From: an uncultured Bacteriovoracaceae bacterium
GTDB lineage: Bacteria > Bdellovibrionota > UBA1018 > UBA923
Direction of reading: 5' to 3'
DNA length: 64,000 nt
NCBI GenBank assembly: GCA_964572865.1
Contig: CAZNGN010000008.1
Location: 31,561 to 95,560 of the forward strand
The position numbers were made by a program, and so were the translations under genes. Positions 1 to 9,961 of the stretch are shown piece by piece (the stretch's first letter is position 1; each line of letters starts with the position of its first letter). The notes under the pieces were generated by a model that made no database searches, was not told the origin of the DNA, and was given only the letters and a program-made list of their open reading frames with translations.

Positions 1-1196
1 CCATCTGTGCCGAATGAAGTTTGAAGGATGCTATATCCAACTGGATTGGGAGCATTTGCTATTACAGTGAGACCTCCGCCAACGACAGATCCAGATACAA
101 GGGCATATTTAGCAAGGTCTGATAAGTTTGGAACAAGTGACCCTAAATATGTAAGTGCTGCATTGTCGACTACGGCAGTGAGACCAATTGAGCCAAGATA
201 TAATAAATTCGCATTTAATTTTGTGATGATTGGTTCAAGCCACCAATTTTGAAATCCACCTAAGATGACTAATCCAGCTAAAAAGAGAGATACAAGCAAA
301 CTTTCTTTCATTCGAAGAGTATTTTGATATTTTTTAGTAGCTTGAGCAATTGCTAAGAAAACTAAGGCTGCGCCAATTACAATATTTGAATAATGAGCAA
401 AAAATACAATTACTGATAAAAGTACCAAATGAATAAAAATTACTAACTTTGGTGTTGTTACTTTAATAATGCTTTTAGATACACTAAGTGATGAAAGTTC
501 TTTTTTGAATAAATAAGCAAGAATTGTTGAAGAGATGATTGAAGAAAATAAACCTTTCCAGCCGAAGTTTAAAAACATAAATTTTAAATTCCAATCAAAT
601 GTTTTTGCGACCATTAAAACGGGTGGTGCAGCGTAAGGCGTAAGTGTTCCGCCAATTGAAATGTTTACAAAAAGTGTTCCTAAAATTGCATATTTTAACT
701 TTGTTGATATTTTATTTTTGAAATAGTTTTCAAATAAAATATACGCTGTAACTGTCATCGCAGCTGGTTCAGTAATAAAGCTACCTAGGGATGTTCCGAA
801 AGTTAATGTAACGATTAATACAGATATTGAATAGGGAATCGGTAATAGTCTTGCAATGAATGCGATGATTGTATCAGCAATATCTAATACCGGTTTTGAT
901 GAACAAATTAAAAGTACAGCAAAAATAAAAATTGGTTCTGAGTAGTTTTTAGAATTTAAGTAATTTACAGCCTCATTTGGGCTTATAACGAACGAAATGT
1001 ATAATAATAATACTGCAGACCATAATGCGAAAACGAGTTCTACTTCAGATAATAAAGTAAACAGTACTTTAAAAGTGGAGCCTTGCTTGAAATTTCGACT
1101 CAATTTATGCAATTGCCCCACTAAAAAAGTATGTATAATGGCTAGGCAAAAAACAAATGTTGCAGCAACCTGTACTGTTTTTAAGTTTGTGTTCAT
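1..1196 (-). CDS. Polytopic membrane permease, possibly a Na+/H+ antiporter-like ion transporter; partial, with the C-terminus beyond the window start
   Basis: ATG at 1196-1194 (minus) preceded by AGGAA. The by-eye translation (MNTNLKTVQVAATFVFCLAIIHTF...) stays open to position 1 and is very hydrophobic with many predicted transmembrane helices. The ORF track omits it because it has no stop inside the window, and lists no other minus-strand ORF over 1-1217. The family assignment is a guess. Confidence 0.55.
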   Translation of the reverse strand, partial: MNTNLKTVQVAATFVFCLAIIHTFLVGQLHKLSRNFKQGSTFKVLFTLLSEVELVFALWSAVLLLYISFVISPNEAVNYLNSKNYSEPIFIFAVLLICSSKPVLDIADTIIAFIARLLPIPYSISVLIVTLTFGTSLGSFITEPAAMTVTAYILFENYFKNKISTKLKYAILGTLFVNISIGGTLTPYAAPPVLMVAKTFDWNLKFMFLNFGWKGLFSSIISSTILAYLFKKELSSLSVSKSIIKVTTPKLVIFIHLVLLSVIVFFAHYSNIVIGAALVFLAIAQATKKYQNTLRMKESLLVSLFLAGLVILGGFQNWWLEPIITKLNANLLYLGSIGLTAVVDNAALTYLGSLVPNLSDLAKYALVSGSVVGGGLTVIANAPNPVGYSILQTSFGTD

Positions 1197-1217
1197 TCCT
1201 ACAAACTTTAACAGTAA

Positions 1218-2357
1218 TTACTGATTCATGCAAAATGCATTTGAACTAAATATAAGACCGTTGCCAGTGATTTGTATTTCATTCCATGCAATCAAAGAAC
1301 CATCCCATTTTGCAAGACCAGTAATGTGAGCTTCAGAGCGAGTAGCTAAAATGGTTCCAATTACTGAACCTTGTCCTGAGATATGAATATTGCTATGACA
1401 TCCATATAAGCTAAACAAAATGTGTTTTGCATCAACTTGAGTTGAGCTTTTAATAGATGCATTGCCACTCAATGAAAACTCACCTTTTACTATAAAGATG
1501 AATACATCTTGAGATGTACCATTTAATGTGAGTGTTTCGTTGCCAGTTAATTGAATTCCATTATTAACTTCAATTACATTTAATCCGCCATTTCCAGTAA
1601 TGACAGTATTACTGTTGATTCGGTTAAAACTTTGTGTGGCATTTAAACTTTGAATGTAGTCAGAATAGTTTTCAATCGAAATTTTTTCAGAGTGAAAGTC
1701 TTTTTGAACTACAGCATGAATGTAAGCATTTCCAGTTTTACGAACTCGGTCAGTGCAACCTATAAACAAAGTTGAATCGATCGATGCATTACCTGTTAAT
1801 GTTGCAGTCGAGTTTTCAAACATATAAACGTTTCCATTTACTTCTGCATTTCCTGTCATAGCTAATTCAGTATTGCCTAATCCAATTACGGCAGCATTTT
1901 GGTTTAGACAAAAATGTTCGTTACTTGGATTTACTACAACCGAAGTAGGCGAACTCGATGGAGTTGGTGTTGGAGTAGGCGATACAGCTACGGTTGGTGT
2001 TGGGGTTGGAGTAGGTGTTGGATCTACGTACACCGAAGTTTCAGTAGGTGAAGGTGTTGGCGTAGGATCAACATAAACGGTAGATTCTGTTGGTGAAGGT
2101 GTTGGTGTTGGGTCAATTCCTGTTGGTGGATCTACAAAAACGGTAGTTTCAATCGGAGTTGGAGTTGGTTCGGGTGTTAATTCAGGTGTTGGGTTGATTG
2201 GATCAACATCAGTTAAATCATTTCCATTTGTACCCGCAGAATTAATGGCATCTTGATCTGAAGTTTTGCTAAAATTACTGTCTGTTGATTCACAGGCAGT
2301 TAAAAAAAGCATTGATAATATAGAAGCGTTAAACGAGCTTAAACGTAAGGTAATCAT
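1218..2357 (-). CDS. Lipoprotein with a Pro/Thr-rich tandem-repeat linker and a C-terminal beta-helix domain of the DUF3494 ice-binding-like family
   Basis: Signal peptide ending in lipobox LTAC. About 110 aa of PTPTPSPTE(S/T)xVYVD-type repeats. The C-terminal half matches the DUF3494 pattern by eye ([28 protein letters not shown]...[25 protein letters not shown]...). Confidence 0.6.
   Translation of the reverse strand: MITLRLSSFNASILSMLFLTACESTDSNFSKTSDQDAINSAGTNGNDLTDVDPINPTPELTPEPTPTPIETTVFVDPPTGIDPTPTPSPTESTVYVDPTPTPSPTETSVYVDPTPTPTPTPTVAVSPTPTPTPSSSPTSVVVNPSNEHFCLNQNAAVIGLGNTELAMTGNAEVNGNVYMFENSTATLTGNASIDSTLFIGCTDRVRKTGNAYIHAVVQKDFHSEKISIENYSDYIQSLNATQSFNRINSNTVITGNGGLNVIEVNNGIQLTGNETLTLNGTSQDVFIFIVKGEFSLSGNASIKSSTQVDAKHILFSLYGCHSNIHISGQGSVIGTILATRSEAHITGLAKWDGSLIAWNEIQITGNGLIFSSNAFCMNQ
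1900..2215 (-). repeat. In-frame tandem repeat, unit about 45 nt (15 aa), encoding the Pro/Thr linker of the DUF3494 lipoprotein
   Basis: Near-identical units are visible on the plus strand, for example ggtgaaggtgttggcgtaggatcaacataaacgg and ggtgaaggtgttggtgttgggtc. The antisense reading gives the GVGVGV pseudo-ORF at 1873-2076. Confidence 0.6.
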
Positions 2358-2547
2358 AAAAGTACCCTCCTTAATAAATCACATTCTCTTTTACATGGGA
2401 TTCTCTCTTTCATTGGTTGATATTGAATATTAAAAGATCTTAACTATTATTCTACGCTTTTTAGCGCAAAGCGCAATAGAAAATTATTAAATAATAACAG
2501 ATACTTATAAAAAACGGTTAAGAATATATAATTATAGTTGAGTTTAA

Positions 2548-3426
2548 TTATTTTAAAGAACTTAAAAACATCCAGATTGCATCAATCTCAGTTTGGTTTA
2601 ATTGTTTTAGTAAATTTACAGGCATCGGAGCTCTTAATGGTTGCCCGGAATAAATTGAAACTCCAGATTGAATCATTTTTTGAAAGTTTTCTTTTGTCCA
2701 ACGTGAGTCTGCCCCCAAACGAATATTAGCAGCAGGCGGCCAAGAAGGATCTCCTCCCGGAATTGGGCCCCCTTTATATTCAGAGCCATGGCACCCAATG
2801 CAGGCGTTTGCTAAATATTTACCAAATTCAATTGTCGCGGCTTCGGTAGGTTTTGTTCCAAACCCTTTTGAATGATCAATGAAATGCGCAGGAAACACTA
2901 CTGGCATTTTATCTAATGCACTTAGAATTTTTAACATCGGACCATATGTATTCTGATGACTTTCTTGTGCAATTTCAGGAGTACTACGTAAAAAAGCAAT
3001 CAATGCAGATAGATCATCTGTACTCATGCCTTCAAAATCAAAAGAAGGCATAAATCGCAATGAACGCCCTGATTGATGTACTCCATAACGAACTGCTCGT
3101 ACAATATCTTCATCACTAAGGTGTTTTGTACGAAAGGGAGTAATGTTTACGCCATATAAACTGCCCATAGCACCGTTTTCCATTATTTTTACGCCAGTCA
3201 AATTTTGACCATGGCATTCAACGCAACCATTGCGAACATAATAAATGCGTTTACCAAGTTCTATATTTGGATTTTGTTTCCAATTGATTTTAGATAGTTC
3301 TTCATGCATTGGAAATTTTTCTTCTAGTTTAGAATTAAACTTACTAAATTGAATTCCAATAAAAATACTTGCTACTACGACTAGAGTTGCTAATAAAAAT
3401 CCAATATATTTGAAAAATTTCTTCAT
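2548..3426 (-). CDS. Membrane-anchored diheme c-type cytochrome
   Basis: N-terminal transmembrane helix. Two CxxCH haem-binding motifs (CVECH and CIGCH). Confidence 0.75.
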   Translation of the reverse strand: MKKFFKYIGFLLATLVVVASIFIGIQFSKFNSKLEEKFPMHEELSKINWKQNPNIELGKRIYYVRNGCVECHGQNLTGVKIMENGAMGSLYGVNITPFRTKHLSDEDIVRAVRYGVHQSGRSLRFMPSFDFEGMSTDDLSALIAFLRSTPEIAQESHQNTYGPMLKILSALDKMPVVFPAHFIDHSKGFGTKPTEAATIEFGKYLANACIGCHGSEYKGGPIPGGDPSWPPAANIRLGADSRWTKENFQKMIQSGVSIYSGQPLRAPMPVNLLKQLNQTEIDAIWMFLSSLK

Positions 3427-3504
3427 CTGATTTGGCCCTTTCGAATGAAGTGAGTAGGTAAAAAAGTTCTACTAGATTAGATAAAAAAAACCGATACGTA
3501 AGTA

Positions 3505-4785
3505 ATGAAATACTTTATTTTTATTTTAATATTTATTTCTCATTCTGTTTTTGCTCAATGCAAAAAGCAAACGACTAAAATTGAAAAATTAGAAAGTTTT
3601 GCAAATTTAAATTTAAATTATGGATGTCTAGGAGCCTATGTTGCAAATGAATTAAAAGAATATCATCCCGATCGAAATATTAATGGTGAAAAATTAGCAG
3701 AAAATGTAGCAGCGTGGGCACAAGAAAATACTAAAAAAGAGAATTGGTTTACAGATATTAGAGATTCTTTTAAATCAAGAATGAAAGCGGGTGCAACTCT
3801 TCTGCCGCGTTTATGGAATGGTTCACTTATTTCATATGATCAAGATCAAAATGATATTCAAAAATTAAGAAAATGGCTTTTGAGCACAAAAGATTTATCT
3901 GTAACCCCTGATCAGCTGATTAAACATGCATTAGCAATTTCTGAAGGAAACATCGAGCGTGCGATTACAATGTGTTATAATCACTTTTTAGTTGAAGGTG
4001 CTGTGGGTGTAAACGCAATTGAACGTGACACTCGTTGGTATGTAATGAAAATGACTGACATCACTGGAGAGAGAGAAGTTTTTGATGATATTGGCCACAA
4101 AGTGAATGGGCAGTATAAAAAATTCGGAAGAGGAGATTTGTATTCAGCATATTATCATTTTTTTGCAACCGCATTGCATTCGTATATTCGTGAAGAAAGT
4201 TCTGTCAGCTTAAGATTGCCAACATCAACTTATTCTTGGCTTGAGGAGTCTCAGTGGAATAAATCGATGGAGGATAAATTAAAACGTAAACAAATTGATG
4301 AAGAAGGAGCTGAGTTTGGAAAAAACTTAGCTGAACTATTAAAAAAAGATGAGAAAGTAAAAGTAAATGGAAAATACATAGAAGACAGACCCGATCTTTA
4401 TGGTGAAAAGTGGGCTTTGAAAGAAGGACAACATCCAAGAGATTTTAATACAGACAATAAAACTTATAATTATCCTACTGCTTTAGAAGAAGTCACAATT
4501 CTTAAGAAACTAATGCAAAATGAAAAATACTATAAAAAATATTTTAATTGTTACGCAGATCATTTAAGAGGTAGCGATAATCAGTACATCATTTTATCTG
4601 TCGTAGAAACTTTGTCACAAGATCGTGATTTGAAAACTGGAAAAATTAAAAAAGATTCCTATGATCTTTTAAAGAAAATGAGTCAAAAGGGCTACAGTGT
4701 TGTGAAGAAGATGGCCCAATGTGTTCTAACTGAAAAAACATTAGAAGAGTGTGAAAAAGCAAATCGCCCAACCAATCTTGAATAA
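3505..4785 (+). CDS. Secreted hypothetical protein, 426 aa
   Basis: Clear signal peptide (MKYFIFILIFISHSVFA) and a long ORF. Divergent from the cytochrome gene. No family recognised. Confidence 0.5.
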   Translation: MKYFIFILIFISHSVFAQCKKQTTKIEKLESFANLNLNYGCLGAYVANELKEYHPDRNINGEKLAENVAAWAQENTKKENWFTDIRDSFKSRMKAGATLLPRLWNGSLISYDQDQNDIQKLRKWLLSTKDLSVTPDQLIKHALAISEGNIERAITMCYNHFLVEGAVGVNAIERDTRWYVMKMTDITGEREVFDDIGHKVNGQYKKFGRGDLYSAYYHFFATALHSYIREESSVSLRLPTSTYSWLEESQWNKSMEDKLKRKQIDEEGAEFGKNLAELLKKDEKVKVNGKYIEDRPDLYGEKWALKEGQHPRDFNTDNKTYNYPTALEEVTILKKLMQNEKYYKKYFNCYADHLRGSDNQYIILSVVETLSQDRDLKTGKIKKDSYDLLKKMSQKGYSVVKKMAQCVLTEKTLEECEKANRPTNLE

Positions 4786-4870
4786 AAGATTCAAAAGATT
4801 AATATGTTAACGCTAGGCGCAACTAAAAATTGGTTGTAGCTATGAATCGCGTTCGTTAAGTTAAAATGCG

Positions 4871-5857
4871 ATGTTTTTAAAAGATTCTTTTCAAAGAAAA
4901 TTTTCATATTTAAGACTTTCAGTTACAGAAAAATGTAATTTTAAATGTGAGTATTGTTTGCCGAATGGGTTTCAAGAATTTGCCTCAAACTATGATGAAA
5001 ATGAATTAACAATCAATGAAATAAAAAATTTAGTTACAGCATTTGCAAGTCTTGGTGTCACGAAAGTTCGACTCACTGGAGGAGAGCCAACCGTGAGACG
5101 AGATATTGTTGAAATTGTAGATGTTGTTTCGAGAATTAATGGAATTGAAGATATTGCATTAACGACAAATGGATTTAAATTGCCACAGTTAGCGCTATCT
5201 CTTCGCACTGCTGGATTGAATAAGTTAAATATTAGTTTAGATAGTTTAAATAAAAACAAATTTAATAAAATCGTCGGTGGCGACAAATTTGAATCTGTTA
5301 TGATGGGAATTGAGACTGCACTCAGTTTAAAATTTAATAGCATAAAATTAAATGCAGTTTTAACTGCAGAAACAACTGAAGATGAAGTTCAGTTGTTTTT
5401 AAATTATATTAAAAATAAACCGATTAGTGTGCGTTTCATCGAATTAATGAAAACAGAAAAAAATTCAGAATTTTTTAAAAAAAATCACATCAACGCTGGC
5501 GCTTTAAAATTATTTCTTCAAAAAAATGACTGGAAAATAATGAATAAAAAATCAACAGATGGACCTGCAATCGTTTATAGACATAATGACTACGAAGGTT
5601 CGATTGGAATTATTGCTCCATATACAGAAGGTTTTTGTGAAGACTGTAATCGTTTGAGGGTAACTTCAGTGGGCGGTTTAAGGCTTTGCTTATTTGGAGA
5701 AAATGACTATCAATTGCGAGATTTATTACAAAATGAAAATCACAGTAATGATTTAATAAATCGCATTCAATCTGCAGTACTAGAAAAACCAGAAAGTCAT
5801 TTTTTAAAATATGGAATTGTAGGAAAAAATACACATTTTGCTCAAATTGGAGGCTAA
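4871..5857 (+). CDS. moaA: GTP 3',8-cyclase MoaA, a radical-SAM enzyme
   Basis: N-terminal YLRLSVTEKCNFKCEYC radical-SAM CxxxCxxC cluster. The size and C-terminal Cys motif are typical of MoaA. Confidence 0.85.
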   Translation: MFLKDSFQRKFSYLRLSVTEKCNFKCEYCLPNGFQEFASNYDENELTINEIKNLVTAFASLGVTKVRLTGGEPTVRRDIVEIVDVVSRINGIEDIALTTNGFKLPQLALSLRTAGLNKLNISLDSLNKNKFNKIVGGDKFESVMMGIETALSLKFNSIKLNAVLTAETTEDEVQLFLNYIKNKPISVRFIELMKTEKNSEFFKKNHINAGALKLFLQKNDWKIMNKKSTDGPAIVYRHNDYEGSIGIIAPYTEGFCEDCNRLRVTSVGGLRLCLFGENDYQLRDLLQNENHSNDLINRIQSAVLEKPESHFLKYGIVGKNTHFAQIGG

Positions 5858-5858
5858 C

Positions 5859-6860
5859 GTGAATCAAGAAAATGCAAATTATAAAATGATAGATATCGAT
5901 CACAAAGTGGATACGCACCGAAAAGCAGTAGCATCTGGTTATTTTTATGCCTCACACGAAACAATTAAAAAAATAATAAATAAAGAAATCCCAAAAGGCG
6001 ATGTACTTTCTTTGGCTGAAATTGCAGGCATACAAGGTGCTAAACTAACATCTCAAGTTTTGCCACTTTGTCATCCTTTGCAATTAACATCAGTCAGAGT
6101 ATGGACAGAATGTTTGGCTGATACCATCCAAGTATTTTGTGAAGCAAAAACGATATCAAAAACGGGTGTTGAGATGGAAGCATTATGTGGAGTGAACGCA
6201 GCACTACTTTGTATTTATGATTTAGTTAAAAGTGTTGATCCAGTTTTAGAAATAAAAAATATTAAGTTACATTCAAAGGAAGGCGGAAAAACCGGACATT
6301 GGATGAATCCAACAATCGAACAAAAGTCGATTGAACAGCCATCCGAGAAAAGTGCTTCTAGTGAGTTTACAAACTTACATTTTTCAGTAATCACAATGAG
6401 CGATCGAGCATATCAAGAAAAATATGAAGATCATTCTGGAGCAGAAATCGTAAGTTGGGTTCAAAAAAATAACGGAAAACTCATTCAAAAAATAATTCTT
6501 CCCGACGAAAAAGATAAGTTAATGTCTGAAATTAAAAAGTTAATTGCAGAAAAAAGTACAAATTGCATTTTAATTTCTGGGGGCACTGGTTTATCAAAAC
6601 GAGACATTACGCCTGAAGCAGTTTCTCAATTAGTAAAAGAATGTGGTGGAAAAGAAATTTGCGGTATTGGTGAATTGTTAAGAAATGAAGGAATTGCAAA
6701 AACAAAATTTGCAGTGCTCAGTCGTTCTTCGGGATATTTAATTGAAAATACTTTAATCATTACTTTGCCTGGAAGTGTAAAGGCAGTGTTAGAAAGTTTA
6801 CCTGTGATTCATGATTTAATTCCTCATATGATTCATACTGCTCGAGGTGGTTCACATTGA
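5859..6860 (+). CDS. moaC: Fusion of cyclic pyranopterin monophosphate synthase MoaC with a MogA/MoaB-type molybdopterin adenylyltransferase domain
   Basis: The N-terminal about 150 aa is MoaC-like (LTSQVLPLCHPL...EALCGVNAALLCIYD). The C-terminal about 170 aa is MogA/MoaB-like (ILISGGTGLSKRDITPEA). A GTG at 5859 lies 5 nt after GGAGG (5849-5853), so the likely start is GTG 5859 rather than the ORF-track ATG at 5838. Confidence 0.75.
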   Translation: MNQENANYKMIDIDHKVDTHRKAVASGYFYASHETIKKIINKEIPKGDVLSLAEIAGIQGAKLTSQVLPLCHPLQLTSVRVWTECLADTIQVFCEAKTISKTGVEMEALCGVNAALLCIYDLVKSVDPVLEIKNIKLHSKEGGKTGHWMNPTIEQKSIEQPSEKSASSEFTNLHFSVITMSDRAYQEKYEDHSGAEIVSWVQKNNGKLIQKIILPDEKDKLMSEIKKLIAEKSTNCILISGGTGLSKRDITPEAVSQLVKECGGKEICGIGELLRNEGIAKTKFAVLSRSSGYLIENTLIITLPGSVKAVLESLPVIHDLIPHMIHTARGGSH

Positions 6861-7939
6861 GATTTAAAATTAATAATTTAAACAATTTCTTTGGAGCATT
6901 TGCAGATATTGCGATTATGCTGCCGATTATATCGCTTTTATCTGTTCACTCAGGGTTTTCAGCCCCCACATTATTTTTAACAAGTGGTATGCTATATGTT
7001 TTCAGTTCATTGTACTATAGAGTTCCCATTTCAATTCAGCCATTAAAATCAATAGCGATTTCTTCGTTAACGTTAGGAGCAAGTTTTTATGATGTGCGAA
7101 TGGCGGGTTTTTTATTGGGATTTATTTTTGTATCTCTTTGGATTCTGAAAATTGATAAATATTTAAATAAAATTCCAGATTCGATTGTACATCAAATTCA
7201 AGTGGGGTTAGGTACACTTTTATTAATTCAAGCATACCGAAGCGATTCTAATGCGATTATATATTTAATCAGCGCAGTCGTTGCTTTTGTACCATTCTTA
7301 TCAAAAATTCCTGTGTTAGGAATTGTAGCAGTCATCGGATTATTATTTGGATTATTTTATCCAAGTTCAAGTAAAGAATTATCAATCAATTCAAATTTAC
7401 ATTGGAACATAATTATATCTCTTTTATTGCCTCAGATTATATTAACTCTTTCAAATTCAGTTGTAGCAACACAAAGAGTATGCAAAACGTATTTTAAAAG
7501 CGAAGCTAAAAATGTAAAAATGAATCGACTCATCTTTAGTATTGGATTTGGAAATATAATTTCATCAATGTTAGCTGGGTTACCGTTTTGTCATGGTTCA
7601 GGTGGGGTAACTGCTCATGCCAAAGGAGGGTCACGTAACTTTATATCAACTATAGTGACTGGTGCATTTTATATAATTTTCGGCATTATATTGTTTAATT
7701 TTAAAAATTTAACTTTTCAGTTACATCCAGTATTTATTTCATTTTTACTTGCAACGACTGGCTTTTATCATATGCAATTAGCAAAAAATACAATTTTACA
7801 AAAATTAGGAATTTTTAAAGTCATTACTTCAATTTTGATTACTGTAATTTCTTTAAATTTAATTTATGTTTTATTGTTTTCTATAATTTTAGAAATATTA
7901 GAAAATAAATATCTAAAATTGAAACGAGCATTCGTATGA
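6857..7939 (+). CDS. MOT1-family high-affinity molybdate transporter (sulfate-permease-like MFS_MOT1)
   Basis: Polytopic membrane protein carrying both MOT1 signature motifs: PISIQPLKSIAISS (consensus PxPVQPMKxIxAxA) at 7025-7066 and GLPFCHGSGGVTAHAKGGSRNF (consensus FGxMPxCHGxGGLAxQ..FGxRxG) at 7577-7642. TTG start at 6857 lies 6 nt after GAGGTGG and overlaps the upstream stop. An alternative internal ATG is at 6917. Confidence 0.7.
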   Translation: MRFKINNLNNFFGAFADIAIMLPIISLLSVHSGFSAPTLFLTSGMLYVFSSLYYRVPISIQPLKSIAISSLTLGASFYDVRMAGFLLGFIFVSLWILKIDKYLNKIPDSIVHQIQVGLGTLLLIQAYRSDSNAIIYLISAVVAFVPFLSKIPVLGIVAVIGLLFGLFYPSSSKELSINSNLHWNIIISLLLPQIILTLSNSVVATQRVCKTYFKSEAKNVKMNRLIFSIGFGNIISSMLAGLPFCHGSGGVTAHAKGGSRNFISTIVTGAFYIIFGIILFNFKNLTFQLHPVFISFLLATTGFYHMQLAKNTILQKLGIFKVITSILITVISLNLIYVLLFSIILEILENKYLKLKRAFV

Positions 7940-9207
7940 TTCGATATTCTGAAGCTTTGAATTGTATTTCTGAAATCGCATTAGAGTTAAGAGATCAAAA
8001 AGAGTTATATGAAGTTGTATCAATAAAGAATGCAACCGGTAGAGTTTCATTTAATGATGTATTTTCAACTGAAAACATTCCAAATGTTGATAATTCAGCG
8101 ATGGATGGATTTGCATTACGATCAGTAGATATACAAACTGCTTCAATTGAACATCCCATTGAGTTAAAAGTGGTAGGATCAATTGCTGCAGGAGATTTGA
8201 ATGCATGGAAAGAACATAATGATTTAACAGAAAATACATCCGTTGAAATTATGACTGGGGCACCTATCCCTTTAAATGGTGCAGACTGCGTAGTAAAAAT
8301 AGAAGATGTTAAATGTATTCATAACCAACAAGGCAAAATCATTTCGATTGTCATAAGTAAACCACTACATAAGTATGAAAATATACGACGCTTTGGTTCG
8401 GATCTGTCAATTGGAGATAAACTTCTTTCAAAAAATACGAAAATATCTTCAGAAAATATAATGGTTTTATCAAGTGTGGGGATTTCAGAAATTAAAGTTT
8501 ATAAAAAACTAAAAGTTGGAATTCTATCAACTGGATCTGAAATTGTAGATGCAGGAATTAAAAAAATAGAAAAAGCACAAGTTCGTAATTCTACGACAGC
8601 ATATATTCAGTCTATATGTGAAAAAATGATGTGTGATGTAGTTGTGTCGGAGCATGTTACTGACGATCCTGTACAATTTAGAAGTAAATTCGAAAAAATG
8701 TCATCAAATAGAATAGATGTTATTTTTACGACCGGTGCTGTATCGATGGGTAAGTATGATTTTATTCCAAATGTTTTAAGAGAATTAAATTCAGAAATTT
8801 ATTTTCATAAAGTTGCCATTAGGCCTGGTAAACCAATTATTTTCGCTAAAACAAATGATAATATAGTAGTCTTTGGTTTGCCCGGAAATCCAGTTTCAAG
8901 TGCAATTGGTCTTCGATTTTTCTTTGAACCTTATTTGAGAAGTTATTTTCAGTTAGAAAAAGAAAGTATCTTTAAAGCAAAATTATTAAAACCTACAAAT
9001 AAAATGTTAGGCCTAAGAACCTTTTTAAAAGCAAATATTAAAAATGACTGCAGTCAAATTTATATTGAACCACAAGACGGACAGTCATCTCATATTGCAA
9101 AATCATTACAGAATTCAAATGCATGGATCATTGCCGATGAAGAATTGCAAGATTTACAGACAAATCAAATAGTGAACTTTGTGCCAATTGATTCAGAGCT
9201 AATGTGA
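7936..9207 (+). CDS. moeA: Molybdopterin molybdenumtransferase MoeA
   Basis: NSAMDGFALR and GLPGNPVS motifs. About 420 aa. ATGA overlap with the upstream gene. Confidence 0.85.
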   Translation: MIRYSEALNCISEIALELRDQKELYEVVSIKNATGRVSFNDVFSTENIPNVDNSAMDGFALRSVDIQTASIEHPIELKVVGSIAAGDLNAWKEHNDLTENTSVEIMTGAPIPLNGADCVVKIEDVKCIHNQQGKIISIVISKPLHKYENIRRFGSDLSIGDKLLSKNTKISSENIMVLSSVGISEIKVYKKLKVGILSTGSEIVDAGIKKIEKAQVRNSTTAYIQSICEKMMCDVVVSEHVTDDPVQFRSKFEKMSSNRIDVIFTTGAVSMGKYDFIPNVLRELNSEIYFHKVAIRPGKPIIFAKTNDNIVVFGLPGNPVSSAIGLRFFFEPYLRSYFQLEKESIFKAKLLKPTNKMLGLRTFLKANIKNDCSQIYIEPQDGQSSHIAKSLQNSNAWIIADEELQDLQTNQIVNFVPIDSELM

Positions 9208-9214
9208 GGAAAAT

Positions 9215-9490
9215 ATGATTAAAATTGAATTAAAAATGTTTGGAACGTTTCGAAAATATGAAAACAATCAGATGATATCACAGGTTCATTCGCTAAACGC
9301 TATATCGATACAAGAAATTAAAAAACAAATATCTTTGAAACTTGAATCTATTCAAAAAAATGATTCAATCCTTGTTTTTGACTCAGCGTTTGCGAATGCT
9401 CATTCACATAAACCAATTATTTTGACTGATGAAACGATTATTTCAGAATCTTGCTCATTAGCCATTTTACCTCCTGTGTGTGGCGGTTAA
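9215..9490 (+). CDS. moaD: Molybdopterin synthase sulfur-carrier subunit MoaD
   Basis: 91 aa ending in Gly-Gly (…PPVCGG). GAGGAAAA RBS. Operon context. Confidence 0.75.
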   Translation: MIKIELKMFGTFRKYENNQMISQVHSLNAISIQEIKKQISLKLESIQKNDSILVFDSAFANAHSHKPIILTDETIISESCSLAILPPVCGG

Positions 9491-9961
9491 ATGAAACAAA
9501 ACATTAAATGTTCAATTACAAATAATAAAATTAATATAATGAATGCAATTCAATTTGTGCAGTCATCTGAGTTGGGCGCGCAGAATATTTTCATTGGAAC
9601 GGTTCGATCTCCAAATCACAATCAAGAAGTTGTTTCGGTTCATTACGATGTATTTGAACCAATGGCATTAAATACTTTTAATGAAATAGCGAATGAAGTG
9701 CTAGCAAAGTTAAGCATGAGCCTTAAAATATATATTGAACATCGAGTAGGTATTTGTCCGACCGGTGAAGAAAGTATTGTAATTGCCGTAGGATCAAAAC
9801 ATCGCGAAGATTCTTACAAAGCTTCTAGATACATTATTGAAGAAATTAAAAAACGTTCACCGATTTGGAAAAAAGAAATTTATTCTACTGGAGAGAGTGA
9901 GTGGCTACAGGGGCATTCTCTTTGCCAATATTCAAATGGTGTTGAGCATTCACTGTATTAG
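9491..9961 (+). CDS. moaE: Molybdopterin synthase catalytic subunit MoaE
   Basis: 156 aa with a MoaE-like core (FIGTVR...HRVG...VIAVGSKHREDSYKASRYIIEEIKKRSPIWKKE). TAAATG overlap with moaD. Confidence 0.8.
   Translation: MKQNIKCSITNNKINIMNAIQFVQSSELGAQNIFIGTVRSPNHNQEVVSVHYDVFEPMALNTFNEIANEVLAKLSMSLKIYIEHRVGICPTGEESIVIAVGSKHREDSYKASRYIIEEIKKRSPIWKKEIYSTGESEWLQGHSLCQYSNGVEHSLY

Noticed and set aside
28-252. Plus-strand ORFs 28-252 and 997-1224 in the first 1.2 kb
   Set aside because: Both lie antisense to the long uninterrupted minus-strand permease gene that runs off the left edge (1-1196). They have no RBS and no recognisable features.
1873-2076. 67-aa ORF encoding a (GV)n repeat
   Set aside because: It is the antisense reading of the Pro/Thr-repeat coding DNA in the DUF3494 lipoprotein, and so a compositional artefact.
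4786-4870. Possible Moco riboswitch upstream of moaA
   Set aside because: The gap is only 85 nt and shows none of the conserved Moco-RNA stems or motifs that I could recognise.
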